Shown here: positions 49,891 through 60,185 of the stretch, one piece after another
How positions within the stretch are numbered: the stretch's first letter is position 1
Layout of the letters: the number at the start of each line of letters is the position of its first letter
DNA from: an uncultured Gemmataceae bacterium
GTDB taxonomy: Bacteria; Planctomycetota; Planctomycetia; Gemmatales; Gemmataceae
DNA: 64,000 nucleotides
Reading direction: 5' to 3'
NCBI GenBank assembly: GCA_963750165.1
Contig: CAVVPN010000001.1
Location: 32,001-96,000, forward strand
The notes under the pieces: model-generated
What the model saw: only the letters and a program-made list of their open reading frames with translations
What the model was told of the DNA's origin: nothing
The model's database searches: none
Program-made: the position numbers and the translations under genes

Positions 49891-52342
49891 ATGCCTATCC
49901 GATTCCCCTGCGCACTGCGGCAAACCGCTGGCCATCGGCACGCGCAAGGCGGGCCAGCCCATTACCTGTCCGTCGTGTCACGGCGACATGACCGTGCCCG
50001 CCGCCCCCCCTCCTGACGAACCACCGCCGGCGTCCGACGCTGCCCCGGCAGCGGACAACGCCGTGCCCTGGTACGTCGAGGCCCAGGCGCTGCTGGCGGC
50101 TGAGTCTTCCGCCCCGGCGCCAACGCCAGCTGAACCGCCGCGCATCGGCGTCCTCGTGGAAGACGGCGTCCGCACCGGGCCACCGCCCACCGCTGCCGCG
50201 CCGTCGCTGCGTTCCCTGCTGTCGGCCGTCAAGTTCCGGTCGCCCAGCCCGCACGTGCTCGCCGCCGTCGGCCTGCCGGCGCTGTTGCTGGCGCTTGGTG
50301 GTGTCGCCCTGATCGTCGCCGGCCTCCTGTCGCAGGAGCCGGAACCATCGCCGGACCAGCCGGCACAACCGCCGGCAGCGCCGCGGCAGACGGCCCAGGT
50401 ACGCGAGACCAGGATTCCCGCGCCGGCCGCACCCAGGAAAAGCCTGACGGCCGCCGTGCCCGCGACGGACGCCGACAAAAAGACTCCCGCGCCTCCCCAG
50501 CCGCCGGTGAAGCAGCCAGCGCCGGAAGTCGTCGAGCGGCCCGCGGCTGAGAAGCCCGAGTCGCCCACGAAGGAGGCCGTCCAGGAGCAGCCGAAACCCA
50601 GGGCCGAGGTGGTCCAGGAGCTGCCCCAGAAGCCGGCCACACCGCCGTTCCAGGTGAAACGGCGGACGCAGAGCACCGACGAGGACCTGCGCAAACAATT
50701 GCTGTTCGCCCCGGTGGTGGCGCTGGACGCGGTGCCAAAGACCACTCAGCAGCTAATCACTGCGGCCAAACAGCCGGGCAATCAGGGCAAGGACCTGGTG
50801 CCGATGCTGGCGATGCAGCGGGCGGACCTGTACGGCCTGCCGCTGCGCATGGGCCACGAGTGCCACACCGGCAAGGAGCCTGCCGAGCATTTGCAGGCGC
50901 TGTCGCGCAAGTTGCGCACACACATCGAGGCGGCGATCCCGCCGGCGCAGAACGGCGTCGTCACTGACCCACGGCCCGACCCGGAGATTCTGCGCCAGCG
51001 GCTGCTGGGCGACGCCGAGCGCAGAGCCTGGCTGCAGCCGGAGGCTATTCCCGCGCTGCAACAGCTGCTCATGGCCGAGAACAAGGCGGTGCGGCTGGTG
51101 CTGGTGGACGTGCTGGCACAGATCAAGGGCCGCGACGCCACGCGGGCACTGGCGATGCGCGCGCTGGTCGATCTGCACCCCGACGTGCGTGCGGCGGCAC
51201 TGCGGGCGCTGCGCGAGCGGCGGCGCGAGGACTTTGCAGACCTGTTCGTGGCCGGCTTCCGCTATCCCTGGCCGGCCGTCGCCGACCATGCCGCCGAGGG
51301 CGTCGTCGCCCTGGAATTGCACGACCTGGTGCCGCGGCTGATCGCACTGCTGGACCTGCCCGACCCGGCGGCGCCGTTCAAGATGACCATGCCCAACAAG
51401 AAGACGGTGGTGGTGACCCGCGAACTGGTGCGCATCAACCATCTGTCGAACTGCCTGCTGTGCCACGCGCCATCGTTCGACCGCGGCGACCTGGTGCGCG
51501 GCCTGGTGCCGACGCCCGGCGAGGCACTGCCGGCCCCCGTCTCGACGCCGCGCTACTACGAGGGCGACCGCGGCAACTTCGCCCGCGCCGACATTACCTA
51601 TTTGAAGCAGGATTTCTCGGTCTGCCAGCCGGTGCCCAACCACGGCCCGTGGCCCGGTCACCAGCGCTTCGACTACCTGATTCGCTTCCGCCCCGCGTCG
51701 GCGCAGGAGTTCGCCGCGTACCAGCTGAAGGCCCGCGATGCCAGGCCGATCTACCGGCAGAAGGACGCGGTGCTGTACACGCTGCGCGAGCTGACCGGCC
51801 AGGATCGCGGCATGACCACGGCGGCGTGGCTGAAGGATTCGCTGCTGAAATTCTCCAACCTGCCGTCACCGGCGGAGCAGGCGCGGAAGCTGAGCGCCGC
51901 CCTGGTGAAGGCGTCCGCGGAAAAGCAGCACGAGTTGCTGACGCTGTACATGGTGTCGGAAGATGCGGTGTACAACCTGGCCCTGGCGCAGGCGATCCCA
52001 CGGCTGCCGGCCGCCGCTCAGAAGAAGGGCCGTGAGGCGCTGACCGAACGGCTGATCCGCAGTCCCGAGGAGGTGCTGCGCGAACATCTGCGTGCGGCCG
52101 ACCCGGAGATTCGCCTGGCCGCTGTGGTCGCCAGCGGTCGCGCTGAGGCGAAGGCGCTGGTGCCGGACCTGATCGACTGCCTGGCCACGACCACGGACAA
52201 GGAGGTGACGTGGAAGGTGCGGCAGGCGCTGGAGCGGGTCACCGGCCAGGATTTTGGGCCGCCCTCGACCGCCACGCTTGCCGAGCGCGCCGCCGCCGTC
52301 GCCGAGTGGCGGGCGTGGTGGGCGAAGCAAGCGGCCAAATAA
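49891..52342 (+). CDS. Zn-ribbon / TM / Pro-rich / HEAT-repeat protein with a CxxCH motif; frameshift near 49912
   Basis: MPIRFPC joins HCGK...CPSCH across a small indel; TM at LPALLLALGGVALIVAGLL; HEAT-like repeats; NCLLCH. Confidence 0.8.
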
Positions 52343-52539
52343 CCAGGATCCCATCTGGCCCCGTTTGCGTTTCGCGCTTCTTCCGTGGGGCAGACAGGAA
52401 TGTCCGCCCCACGGGAGCGCGCGCTCGGCCCCTGAAACTTTGCCTCCGTCCTGCCGGTATTTGCCATCACTTGGACAGTCGCTATCCTGATTGGTAAACG
52501 GTGCTGCCCGATTCCATCCATCCCTACCGAGGACGGTTC

Positions 52540-54303
52540 ATGCGAACCCTGTACTGCCCCCCGCGCTGCCTGTTACTGGCGGCCGCGGTCGCCATGACCT
52601 GCGGATCGCTGTCACGAACCGACGAGGCCAACCCCGATCGGGTCGGCCGTCAAATCGCCCCGTTCACCCTCAAGGACACGGCCGGCAAGACCTGGGCGCT
52701 CACCGACCTCAAGGACAAAAAAGCCGTCGTGGTCGTCTTCATCGGTACGCAGTGCCCCATCAATAACCTGTTCATGCCGCGCCTTTCCGAACTGCACGCG
52801 ACCTACGCCCCCAGGGGCGTGCAGATCCTGGCCGTCAACGCCAACCGCCACGACACACCGCGGGCCATCGCCGAGCACGCCCAGAAGCACAAGCTGCCAT
52901 TCCCGGTGCTGCGCGACCCCGGCAACAAGGTCGCGGATCAGTTCGGCGCCGAGCGCACCCCCGAGGCGTTCGTGCTCGACGCCGGGCGCGTCATCCGCTA
53001 CCAGGGTCGCATTGACGATCAGTTCGGCATCGGCTACCAGCGCAACCAGCCAACGCGCCGCGACCTGGCCGCGGCGCTTGACGAGCTGCTGGCCGGCAAG
53101 AAGGTCAGCGTGTCCAGCACGGCCGTCGCCGGCTGCTACATCGCCCGTGTCAGCACGCCGAAGGAGGGCACCGTCACCTACGCCAAGCACGTCAGCCGCA
53201 TCGTGCAGAACCGCTGCCAGGAGTGCCACCGCCCCGGCCAGATCGGGCCGATGCCGCTCTTGACCTACGACGACGCCAGCGCCTGGGCCGCGACCATCCA
53301 GGAGGTCATCCAGGAGAACCGTATGCCGCCCTGGCACGCGGACCCCAAACACGGCAAGTTCGCCAACGATCGCAGCCTGTCGAAGGCGGAGCGCGACACG
53401 CTGCTCACCTGGATCGATCAGGGCTGCCCGAAGGGCGACGACAAGGATTTGCCGGCGGCGAAGCCGTTCGCGCAGGGCTGGAACATCGGCAAGCCGGACG
53501 CGGTGTTCACCATGGAGAAGGCGTTCCCGGTGCCGGCCAAGGCGCCGAAAAAGGGCGTCAGCTATCAGCATTTCTACGTCAAGACGAATTACGACCGGGA
53601 TATGTGGGTGACGGCCGCGGAGGCCAAACCGGGCAACCACGCGGTGGTGCATCACATCATCGTCTATGCGTTCGCGACTGGCAGGAAGCAAATCAACCTG
53701 GACGACGGCATCGGCACCGGCTTCCTGGCGGCCTACGCCCCGGGCGAGCTGGGCGTGAAGTACCCGGCCGGCGCCGCCAAGAAGTTGCCCAAGGGCGCCA
53801 CGCTGGTGTTTCAGATGCACTACACGCCCAATGGCACCGAGCAGACCGATATGTCGTCGGTCGGCCTCGTCTTCGCCAAGGAGCCGCCGAAGAACGAGGT
53901 CAAGATGCGAGCCGTCATGAACTTCGCGTTCAAGATTCCGCCGGGCGCCGCGCACCACAAGGTCACGTCGAAGACCACGTTCAACAAGGACGCTCGGCTC
54001 TGGAGCCTGCTGCCGCACATGCACCTGCGCGGCAAGAGCTTCGAGTATGAGCTGGTTTACCCCGACGGTAAGCGCGAGGTGCTGCTGTCGGTACCGCGCT
54101 ATGATTTCGGCTGGCAGGCGACGTATCTGTTCGCGGAGCCGAAGTTCGTCCCGGCCGGCTCGCGCATCGAATGCACCGCCTACTTCGACAACTCGGCGAA
54201 GAACCCGAACAACCCCGACCCGACGACCGCCGTTCGCTGGGGCCAGCAGACGTGGGAAGAGATGATGATCGGGTTCCTGGACTATTCGTATGTTGGCAAG
54301 TAG
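52540..54303 (+). CDS. Redoxin domain fused to cytochrome c and copper-monooxygenase-like domains
   Basis: FIGTQCP, ERTPEAFVLD, YQGRIDDQ, CQECHRPG, VVHHII, PHMHLRGK, EEMMIGF. Confidence 0.88.
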   Translation: MRTLYCPPRCLLLAAAVAMTCGSLSRTDEANPDRVGRQIAPFTLKDTAGKTWALTDLKDKKAVVVVFIGTQCPINNLFMPRLSELHATYAPRGVQILAVNANRHDTPRAIAEHAQKHKLPFPVLRDPGNKVADQFGAERTPEAFVLDAGRVIRYQGRIDDQFGIGYQRNQPTRRDLAAALDELLAGKKVSVSSTAVAGCYIARVSTPKEGTVTYAKHVSRIVQNRCQECHRPGQIGPMPLLTYDDASAWAATIQEVIQENRMPPWHADPKHGKFANDRSLSKAERDTLLTWIDQGCPKGDDKDLPAAKPFAQGWNIGKPDAVFTMEKAFPVPAKAPKKGVSYQHFYVKTNYDRDMWVTAAEAKPGNHAVVHHIIVYAFATGRKQINLDDGIGTGFLAAYAPGELGVKYPAGAAKKLPKGATLVFQMHYTPNGTEQTDMSSVGLVFAKEPPKNEVKMRAVMNFAFKIPPGAAHHKVTSKTTFNKDARLWSLLPHMHLRGKSFEYELVYPDGKREVLLSVPRYDFGWQATYLFAEPKFVPAGSRIECTAYFDNSAKNPNNPDPTTAVRWGQQTWEEMMIGFLDYSYVGK

Positions 54304-54368
54304 CTGCATTAGCGCGGTTCGCAGTCGCGTGCCACCCGCACAGGGCCAGGGCGCCAATTCTCGACGTA

Positions 54369-54408
54369 TGAAAAAGTTGGCGTTCTTGGCGTTCTTGGCG
54401 TCCTTGCT
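54369..54408. repeat. 40-bp 9-mer-unit repeat, exact reverse complement of 61653-61692
   Basis: TGAAAAAGTTGGCGTTCTTGGCGTTCTTGGCGTCCTTGCT. Confidence 0.9.
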
Positions 54409-54459
54409 GTGGCGACCGCCGCCGGTGGTGGTCGCGCCGTGCCACTCCCACGAGGAGGT

Positions 54460-54518
54460 GTAGGACGGCTCTCCAGAGCCGTCTGCTGCGACGCGACGGC
54501 TCTGGAGAGCCGTCCTAC
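54460..54518. repeat. GTAG REP doublet (GACGGCTCT-CC-AGAGCCGTC family); three-unit copy 59830-59919
   Basis: GTAGGACGGCTCTCCAGAGCCGTC ... GACGGCTCTGGAGAGCCGTCCTAC. Confidence 0.88.
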
Positions 54519-54597
54519 ACCTCGCCTTCCCCGCATCCCGCACCGTAGAAGTATGGCTGCCGGAATGCAAGCGATCTATGAGCACCCGCAACGGTCA

Positions 54598-55335
54598 TTA
54601 TTCTAGCACCGCCAGGTAGTGGAACGGAATCACGCCCACGCGCACGGTCACGTCCTGCTCCTTGCCGGCGCGGTTGATGCGCAGCGTCAGTTCGGTGCCC
54701 GGTCGGGCCTGGCGCACTGCCTCGATGGTCGTGCGCAGGTCCGTCGCGGCCGTGGCGGCCACCCGGACGATGATGTCGTCCTTCTTCAGACCCGCCCGGA
54801 ACGCGGGACTGCCCTCCAGCGGCTGGGTGACCACCACCTGGTTCTTGTTCATGTCGAACTGCAGCATCATGCCGACGAACCCGCTCAGTCCCGCGTTGGG
54901 GTCGCTGTCCGCCCGGTCGCGCTGGAAGACCAGCAACCGCCGGTTGGCCTGGTCCCTGGTGGCGAACGTGGCGGGCCGGTCCTTGACGCCGTCCGTCTGG
55001 CCGTTGAGGCAGATTTTCAGCGTGTCCTTGTCGATGGTGTAAATCCCCTCGTAGGTCTTTTTGGTGGTGCGGAACTTCAGGTCGATGGTCTTCGGGTTCG
55101 CCCCGGCGTCGGCGACCAGGACGGCGAGTTCGTCGCCGCCGTAAAACACCTTGTCGCCCTTGACGAGCCAGCGCGGCTGGCCAGTGCTGAGCACGTTGGC
55201 GTTGCCGCCAGTCTCGACGGACACCAGTTTCCATTGGCCCTGCAGGGCGCGCGGGCCCTTCGGCTCCTGCGCGGCGCCCGGCCGCGGCGCCGCCAGCAGC
55301 GCGACGATCAGAAGGCAAGCGAGCTTGACGTACAT
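54598..55335 (-). CDS. TIGR03067-domain protein with C-terminal PDZ domain, exported
   Basis: LQGQWKLVSVE.GG, PKTIDL, GIY.IDKDTLKIC, RP.TF; GSPAFRAGL..DDII. Confidence 0.85.
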   Translation of the reverse strand: MYVKLACLLIVALLAAPRPGAAQEPKGPRALQGQWKLVSVETGGNANVLSTGQPRWLVKGDKVFYGGDELAVLVADAGANPKTIDLKFRTTKKTYEGIYTIDKDTLKICLNGQTDGVKDRPATFATRDQANRRLLVFQRDRADSDPNAGLSGFVGMMLQFDMNKNQVVVTQPLEGSPAFRAGLKKDDIIVRVAATAATDLRTTIEAVRQARPGTELTLRINRAGKEQDVTVRVGVIPFHYLAVLE

Positions 55336-55485
55336 GCGTGGTCCTCCCGGGGAAGCACCTGTCAGGTGCGGTTGAAGTAAGCGTCCAAGGCCGCCAATGG
55401 TAAAGTGACGATCTCGCTGGCAGCGCCCAACTGGAGCGTTGCGCCAGGTCGTGGAGCGCGCTGGCGGCAAGAGGTGCGGCCGGCG

Positions 55486-56379
55486 TCAGTCGGCCAGCGT
55501 CAGCTCGAAGGCCTGGCGGTCGCGGAAGCCGCCGGCGGCCGGGTCGAAGGAGCGCCGTCGCACCCGGCAGTGGTTGCCCTCGAAGACGTATTCCGCGTAG
55601 GACCAGACCTTGGTCTGCGTGGCACTGCCGGCGTTGATGACCGGGAACGGCGCCCGCGGCGGCGCCAGCAGGTGATACGAGGCGTGCCGATGGCCGTGCA
55701 GCCACAGCCGCACCCCGCCGCGCGCCGCCACGTCAATGAGCTGGGCGGCGTCGCGCAGGCCGCGCCACGGACTCTCGCGCCGCCCACTCGACAGGCACAC
55801 TGGGTAGTGTGTCACCAGGATTTTCGGCCCCGGCTCCAGGCGTGCCAGCAGCAGTTCCAGTCGCTCCAGCTGCGGCCGGCCGACCCGGCCGGTGGCGTCC
55901 CAGGCCCAGCGGTTGCCCGACGACGAGTTCACCGCGATCAGGTTCAAATGGCCCACCCGCTGCGCGAACGGATAGACCTCCGTGCCGACGCGCTGCCCCT
56001 GTTGCCACGGCGCGAAGTAGCGCTCGAACAGGCCCTGCGCGGCGCTGTGCCGCGTGTAGTAGTCGTGGTTGCCGGGCACCGCGAGGCCGGGCGGCAGCGC
56101 CGGGTCGCCGACACCCAGGATGGCTGCGGCCCGCTGGAACTCGGCCTCGAAGCCCATCGCGGTGGCGTCGCCGGAGAAAACGATATGGTCGGGGCGGCGC
56201 TGGCGCAGCTCGGCCATCAGCCGCTGCAGGACTTCGGGGGCGCGGCGGAAGCGGTAACGGCGGCCCAGCCAGCGGAAGTTGATCCAGCCGGCCATGCGCT
56301 TGCTGAAGTAGTCCCGGCGCCGCCATTCCAGGTGCGGGGCGGTGATGTGGATGTCGCTGAGGTGCGCGAGACGGACCAT
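55486..56379 (-). CDS. Calcineurin-like metallophosphoesterase
   Basis: HLSDIH, FSGDAT, PGNHD, THYP, LHGHRH. Confidence 0.9.
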   Translation of the reverse strand: MVRLAHLSDIHITAPHLEWRRRDYFSKRMAGWINFRWLGRRYRFRRAPEVLQRLMAELRQRRPDHIVFSGDATAMGFEAEFQRAAAILGVGDPALPPGLAVPGNHDYYTRHSAAQGLFERYFAPWQQGQRVGTEVYPFAQRVGHLNLIAVNSSSGNRWAWDATGRVGRPQLERLELLLARLEPGPKILVTHYPVCLSSGRRESPWRGLRDAAQLIDVAARGGVRLWLHGHRHASYHLLAPPRAPFPVINAGSATQTKVWSYAEYVFEGNHCRVRRRSFDPAAGGFRDRQAFELTLAD

Positions 56380-56522
56380 GCGTCGGCCCTGCGTTGCGCC
56401 GCGGCCGTGGCGGCGACCGGATGCGTGGCCCTGTCGGGCCGTCCTTTGTACAATGTCCGCGAACCTCCCGAGCGGCGAGGGGTGGCTCGCACGCAGCAAT
56501 ATCCTACAAGGAACCTGCTCCG

Positions 56523-56906
56523 ATGCCCAAGGTTGTTTTCGTCAACGAGAAAAAAGAGATCGAGGTGCCCGAGGGCGCCAACCTCCGCACTGAGGCGCTC
56601 AAGGCGGGCGTCCAGGTCTACAAGGGGATCAACCGCGTCCTCAACTGCCTGGGCCACGGCACCTGCGGCACCTGTGCGGTGCTGATCAAGAAGGGCACGG
56701 AGAACCTGAGCAAGCCCGGCCTGATCGAGCGCTTCACCCTGTTCCGCATGCTCTCCAGCATTGGCCACGAACAGGAGATGCGCCTGGCGTGCCAGTGTAC
56801 CGTCAAGGGCGACTGCACCGTCGAGACCAAACCGGGGTTGCAGCTATCGCCGGAGCCCGACGCCAAGGGCAAGCAGTTCTGGGAGACGCCCTGGCCGAAC
56901 AAGTGA
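56523..56906 (+). CDS. 2Fe-2S ferredoxin
   Basis: NCLGHGTCGTC ... RLACQ. Confidence 0.9.
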   Translation: MPKVVFVNEKKEIEVPEGANLRTEALKAGVQVYKGINRVLNCLGHGTCGTCAVLIKKGTENLSKPGLIERFTLFRMLSSIGHEQEMRLACQCTVKGDCTVETKPGLQLSPEPDAKGKQFWETPWPNK

Positions 56907-56918
56907 CCGCCGGGACCG

Positions 56919-57803
56919 TCACCAGATCGAGACGGCCAGTTCCAGTTCGAGGTGGAAGCGCTCCTGCACCCGGCTGCGCACAAGGTCGATGAGCCGCAGC
57001 ATATCGCGGGCGGTGGCTCCGGGGTGCGCGACCGCGTAGCTGGCGTCGCGCTCGCTGACCTCGGCGCCGCCAACACGGGCCCGCGCCAGTCCGGCCTGCT
57101 CGACGAGCTGGTCGGCGTTCAGGCCGCGCGGATCCTGGAACAGCCGGCACGCCGCCTGGAAGCTGAACGGCTGCCGCGCCTTGCGCTGAATCCACGCCTT
57201 GCGCATACGCTTGACGATGGCGTCCGCGGCGTCCGCCTCCAATTCAAACGTCGCCGCCACCAGTACCGGGTCGTCCTGCGGCCCCCAGCCCTGCACCAGG
57301 CGCAGTTCCTCACCTTCGCGGCGCTGCAAGTTGCCGGCGCCGTCGATGACCTCCAGGCCGCGCAGGGGCTGGGCCAACTCGCCGCTGCAATGCCGCAGCG
57401 CTCCGCCGACGGTGCCGGGCGTGCCGACCAGCGCCTCCAGCCCCGCCAGACCGTGTCGTGCCGCCTGCGAGATCAGCGCTGCCAGACTGGCGCCGGCGCC
57501 CGCCCGGACGCGCGGGCCCTGCACGGCGACCTCGGTGAAGGCCGGTGCGCTGAGCCGCAGCACGACGCCGCGCACGCCCTCGTCGCGAACCAACACGTTG
57601 CAGCCGCCGCCGAGCAGGCGCAGCGGCAGCTGCCGCTCGACACAGCGGCGGACCAGGGCGGTCAGTTCGTCCAGGGAGCGGGGTTGCGCCAGCGCTTCGG
57701 TTGGGCCGCCGAGTTTGAGGTGCGTGTACGGGGCCAGCGGCTCGTCGAACTTGACGAACGCGGCGAACTCGTCCAGGCTCTGGCGCAGATCGTGGGAGGC
57801 CAT
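56919..57803 (-). CDS. murB: MurB-like FAD-binding protein with degenerate catalytic motifs
   Basis: EPLAPYT.LKLGGP, LGGGCNVLV.D.G..G, GLAGLE.L.G.PGTVGGA, VGGAEVS; catalytic segments diverged. Confidence 0.75.
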   Translation of the reverse strand: MASHDLRQSLDEFAAFVKFDEPLAPYTHLKLGGPTEALAQPRSLDELTALVRRCVERQLPLRLLGGGCNVLVRDEGVRGVVLRLSAPAFTEVAVQGPRVRAGAGASLAALISQAARHGLAGLEALVGTPGTVGGALRHCSGELAQPLRGLEVIDGAGNLQRREGEELRLVQGWGPQDDPVLVAATFELEADAADAIVKRMRKAWIQRKARQPFSFQAACRLFQDPRGLNADQLVEQAGLARARVGGAEVSERDASYAVAHPGATARDMLRLIDLVRSRVQERFHLELELAVSIW

Positions 57804-57816
57804 TCCAAATTCTCCT

Positions 57817-57863
57817 AATTGCAAATTGAAAGACCGGAGATTGCTGTCTTTCAATTTGCAATT
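57817..57863. repeat. AT-rich inverted repeat (possible terminator)
   Basis: AATTGCAAATTGAAAGAC ... GTCTTTCAATTTGCAATT. Confidence 0.75.
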
Positions 57864-58630
57864 CAAAAGCCCAGGTCCTTCAACCGGCCGACTAGATTGC
57901 CGTAGCGCGGCGCCTGGTCGCGGTAGCCGCCGCTGACGCGGATGAGCGGGTTGCACCAGTTGATGAGTGTGAGGTGGTCGCCCTCCCACACGTCCTGGAC
58001 CTCGCCGTAGGCGGCGGATGCCAGCGACACCACGCCGTCGTTGGGCCCCTCGGCATCGCGGACGATCTGCGCTGGCAGCAGCCACTCCGGCGTCAGGAAA
58101 TGGCCGTCGTAGCGGGCGGCCACCGAGAAATACCGCACCGCCGCCGTGTCCGGCACCTCCATGTTGAACTGGCGGCAGTCGCGGACGGTCAGGTCGTAAA
58201 AGCCCTGGACGGGCACGCACAGCAGCTGCAGCAACGGCTTGAGGATGCGTTCAAAGCGGCCGAGGGCCCAATCGGCGAAGGGCGAACCGCGGTGGGGCGT
58301 GCCCAGCGTCGTCAGCGTCAGCACCCGGCAGCCCATGCCCAGGCGCGAGATCATGTAGCGGGCGTCGAGGCCGCCCATACTATGCGCGAAGATGTGGACC
58401 GGTTCATTGGGCAGCACCCGGTCGAGGTATGCCTTGAGCTGGGCGGCGCGGAAGGCGATGGCGCCAGTCGCGCTGAGACGCGGCACGAGGACGTGGTTGC
58501 CGCCGGCGCGCAGGTGCCCCGGGATGTTGGCGAAGTAGTTGGCCAACTTCAAGCCGGCCATGCGAATTTCGGTGAAGCCGAAGATGCCGTGGACCAGCAC
58601 GATCGGCGCACGGAGTTTTGGGGCCTTCAT
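57863..58630 (-). CDS. Alpha/beta-hydrolase lipase/esterase
   Basis: PIVLVHG, AHSMGGLD.RY, TLGTPHRGS, NDGVVS, DH. Confidence 0.9.
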   Translation of the reverse strand: MKAPKLRAPIVLVHGIFGFTEIRMAGLKLANYFANIPGHLRAGGNHVLVPRLSATGAIAFRAAQLKAYLDRVLPNEPVHIFAHSMGGLDARYMISRLGMGCRVLTLTTLGTPHRGSPFADWALGRFERILKPLLQLLCVPVQGFYDLTVRDCRQFNMEVPDTAAVRYFSVAARYDGHFLTPEWLLPAQIVRDAEGPNDGVVSLASAAYGEVQDVWEGDHLTLINWCNPLIRVSGGYRDQAPRYGNLVGRLKDLGF

Positions 58631-58849
58631 GAACGACGCTCCGTCAACGCACACTACAAGACATTTTGAATCATAGGTGACAATGGCCGGAAGTGGCAAT
58701 ACGCACCCTTTTATGGGACCATTGGCGGAGCCGCTTTTTCCGGAATAACCCGTAGGCGCGGAACGTGGCACGGCTCTGGTGAACCGTGCTACGTTCCGTG
58801 CGCCCCCAGAGGGAAACCTGAAAAAAACCGATCGAAGTCAAAAAAAGGC

Positions 58850-58878
58850 TTGGCGGCGCTTGACGGTGCTGCTATAAT
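58850..58878 (+). promoter_or_regulatory. Sigma-70-type promoter with extended -10
   Basis: TTGGCG-17 bp-TATAAT with TG extension and upstream A tracts. Confidence 0.6.
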
Positions 58879-59433
58879 CCTCCAATTAAGCGGTTACAAA
58901 CCGCTGATTGGTGGATTGGGTTGGAAGTGCCATAGCAGGAGAACCTTTTTCGGTCCAGATTTGAGTCCCGTCCCTCTCTGCGTTCTTCGATGGCGTACCA
59001 CTCGCGCGTGTACACATTCCCGTCCGCAAGATCCCGAGAAGGTGGGGAACCCCGGCCCCCGAGTCTGGCCTTTCCAGGTGGTCCTAACCAACATCCGACC
59101 GCCCGTGCGGTTCCGAATGGGCCGGAGAAAGTGCAGGGTGAACCCCGTAGGCCCGATGACCGTCATGCTTTCGATGGTTTTGCGGCCGGGGCCGGGGCCG
59201 GGCTGTGGGCTCGGTGCCGTGTCCGCCGGCTGGCGACCCGCGTAACCCGGTGAGGATCCGCCCCGTTCTGGACACCGGCGGATCGTGGTTTCCTTCTGCT
59301 TTTTGTGTGTGCCGGCCGGGGAGTTCCCGCGCAGGCCGGGGGTGTGGTCCCCGCCTGGCGTCCTGACGCGTCTGTCAGGCTCCCCTCGTCCGGGAGTCCG
59401 CCCCGGAACGCCGCGGCACGGAAAGGTTCTGTG

Positions 59434-59799
59434 ATGGCGAAGAATATTTACGTCGGCAATCTCGTGTGGGATGCCTCCGCCGACGACCTGCTGGCCCTGT
59501 TCCAGGAGCACGGCAAGGTAACGCGCGCCCAGGTGATTACGGATCGTGAAACGGGACGCTCGCGCGGGTTCGGGTTCGTCGAGATGGAGAACGACGGGGA
59601 GGCCCAGAAGGCCATCGACGCCCTGAACGGCGCCGACTTCCAGGGCCGACCCCTGACGGTCAACGAGGCCAAGCCCCGCGAAGATCGGGGCGGTGGTGGT
59701 GGCGGCGGCGGTCCGCGGGGCTTTGGCGGCCCGCGCGGCGGCTCCGGCGGTGGTCCGCGCGGCTACGGCGGCGGTACTGATCGCGGCCGGCGCTACTAG
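59434..59799 (+). CDS. RRM RNA-binding protein with Gly-rich tail
   Basis: IYVGNL (RNP2), RGFGFVEM (RNP1), GRPLTVNEAKP. Confidence 0.95.
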   Translation: MAKNIYVGNLVWDASADDLLALFQEHGKVTRAQVITDRETGRSRGFGFVEMENDGEAQKAIDALNGADFQGRPLTVNEAKPREDRGGGGGGGGPRGFGGPRGGSGGGPRGYGGGTDRGRRY

Positions 59800-60185
59800 A
59801 ACGTTTCACGAACGGTTCGCGCACAAGTGGTAGGACGGCTCTCCAGAGCCGTCCGCGTTCCCCCAACAACTCTCCAGAGCCGTCCGCGTTCTCCCAACGG
59901 CTCTCCGGAGCCGTCCTATCACTTACTCTTGCTTGCCCCGCGGCCGTGCGGTGCATCTTCCCTGGCGGGTGAAACGGCGGCGGGCTCTGCCAGACGATGA
60001 CGCGCAGCGCGTGGATGTCAGTGCTGATCGGCGAGTGCATTTGACGGCCGGACCACCCTGACCCCGTTTCCAGTTTCGCGCTCTTCAAGCGCGCGAAACG
60101 TAAACAGGGCGCGTTGGCAAAGCGCGTGGCGGTCACTATCGTGACGCTATTCTCTGCCACGATTCCCGAACCGCACGGTGCAGGC

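Noticed and set aside
59000..59300. RNase P RNA or tmRNA
   Set aside because: Lacks GAGGAAAGTCC and the 3' P4 strand; no tRNA-like ends or tag frame
59830..59919. Three-unit repeats (also 34782-34870) as mini-CRISPR
   Set aside because: Units are palindromic REPs with very short spacers, partly inverted, and dispersed elsewhere
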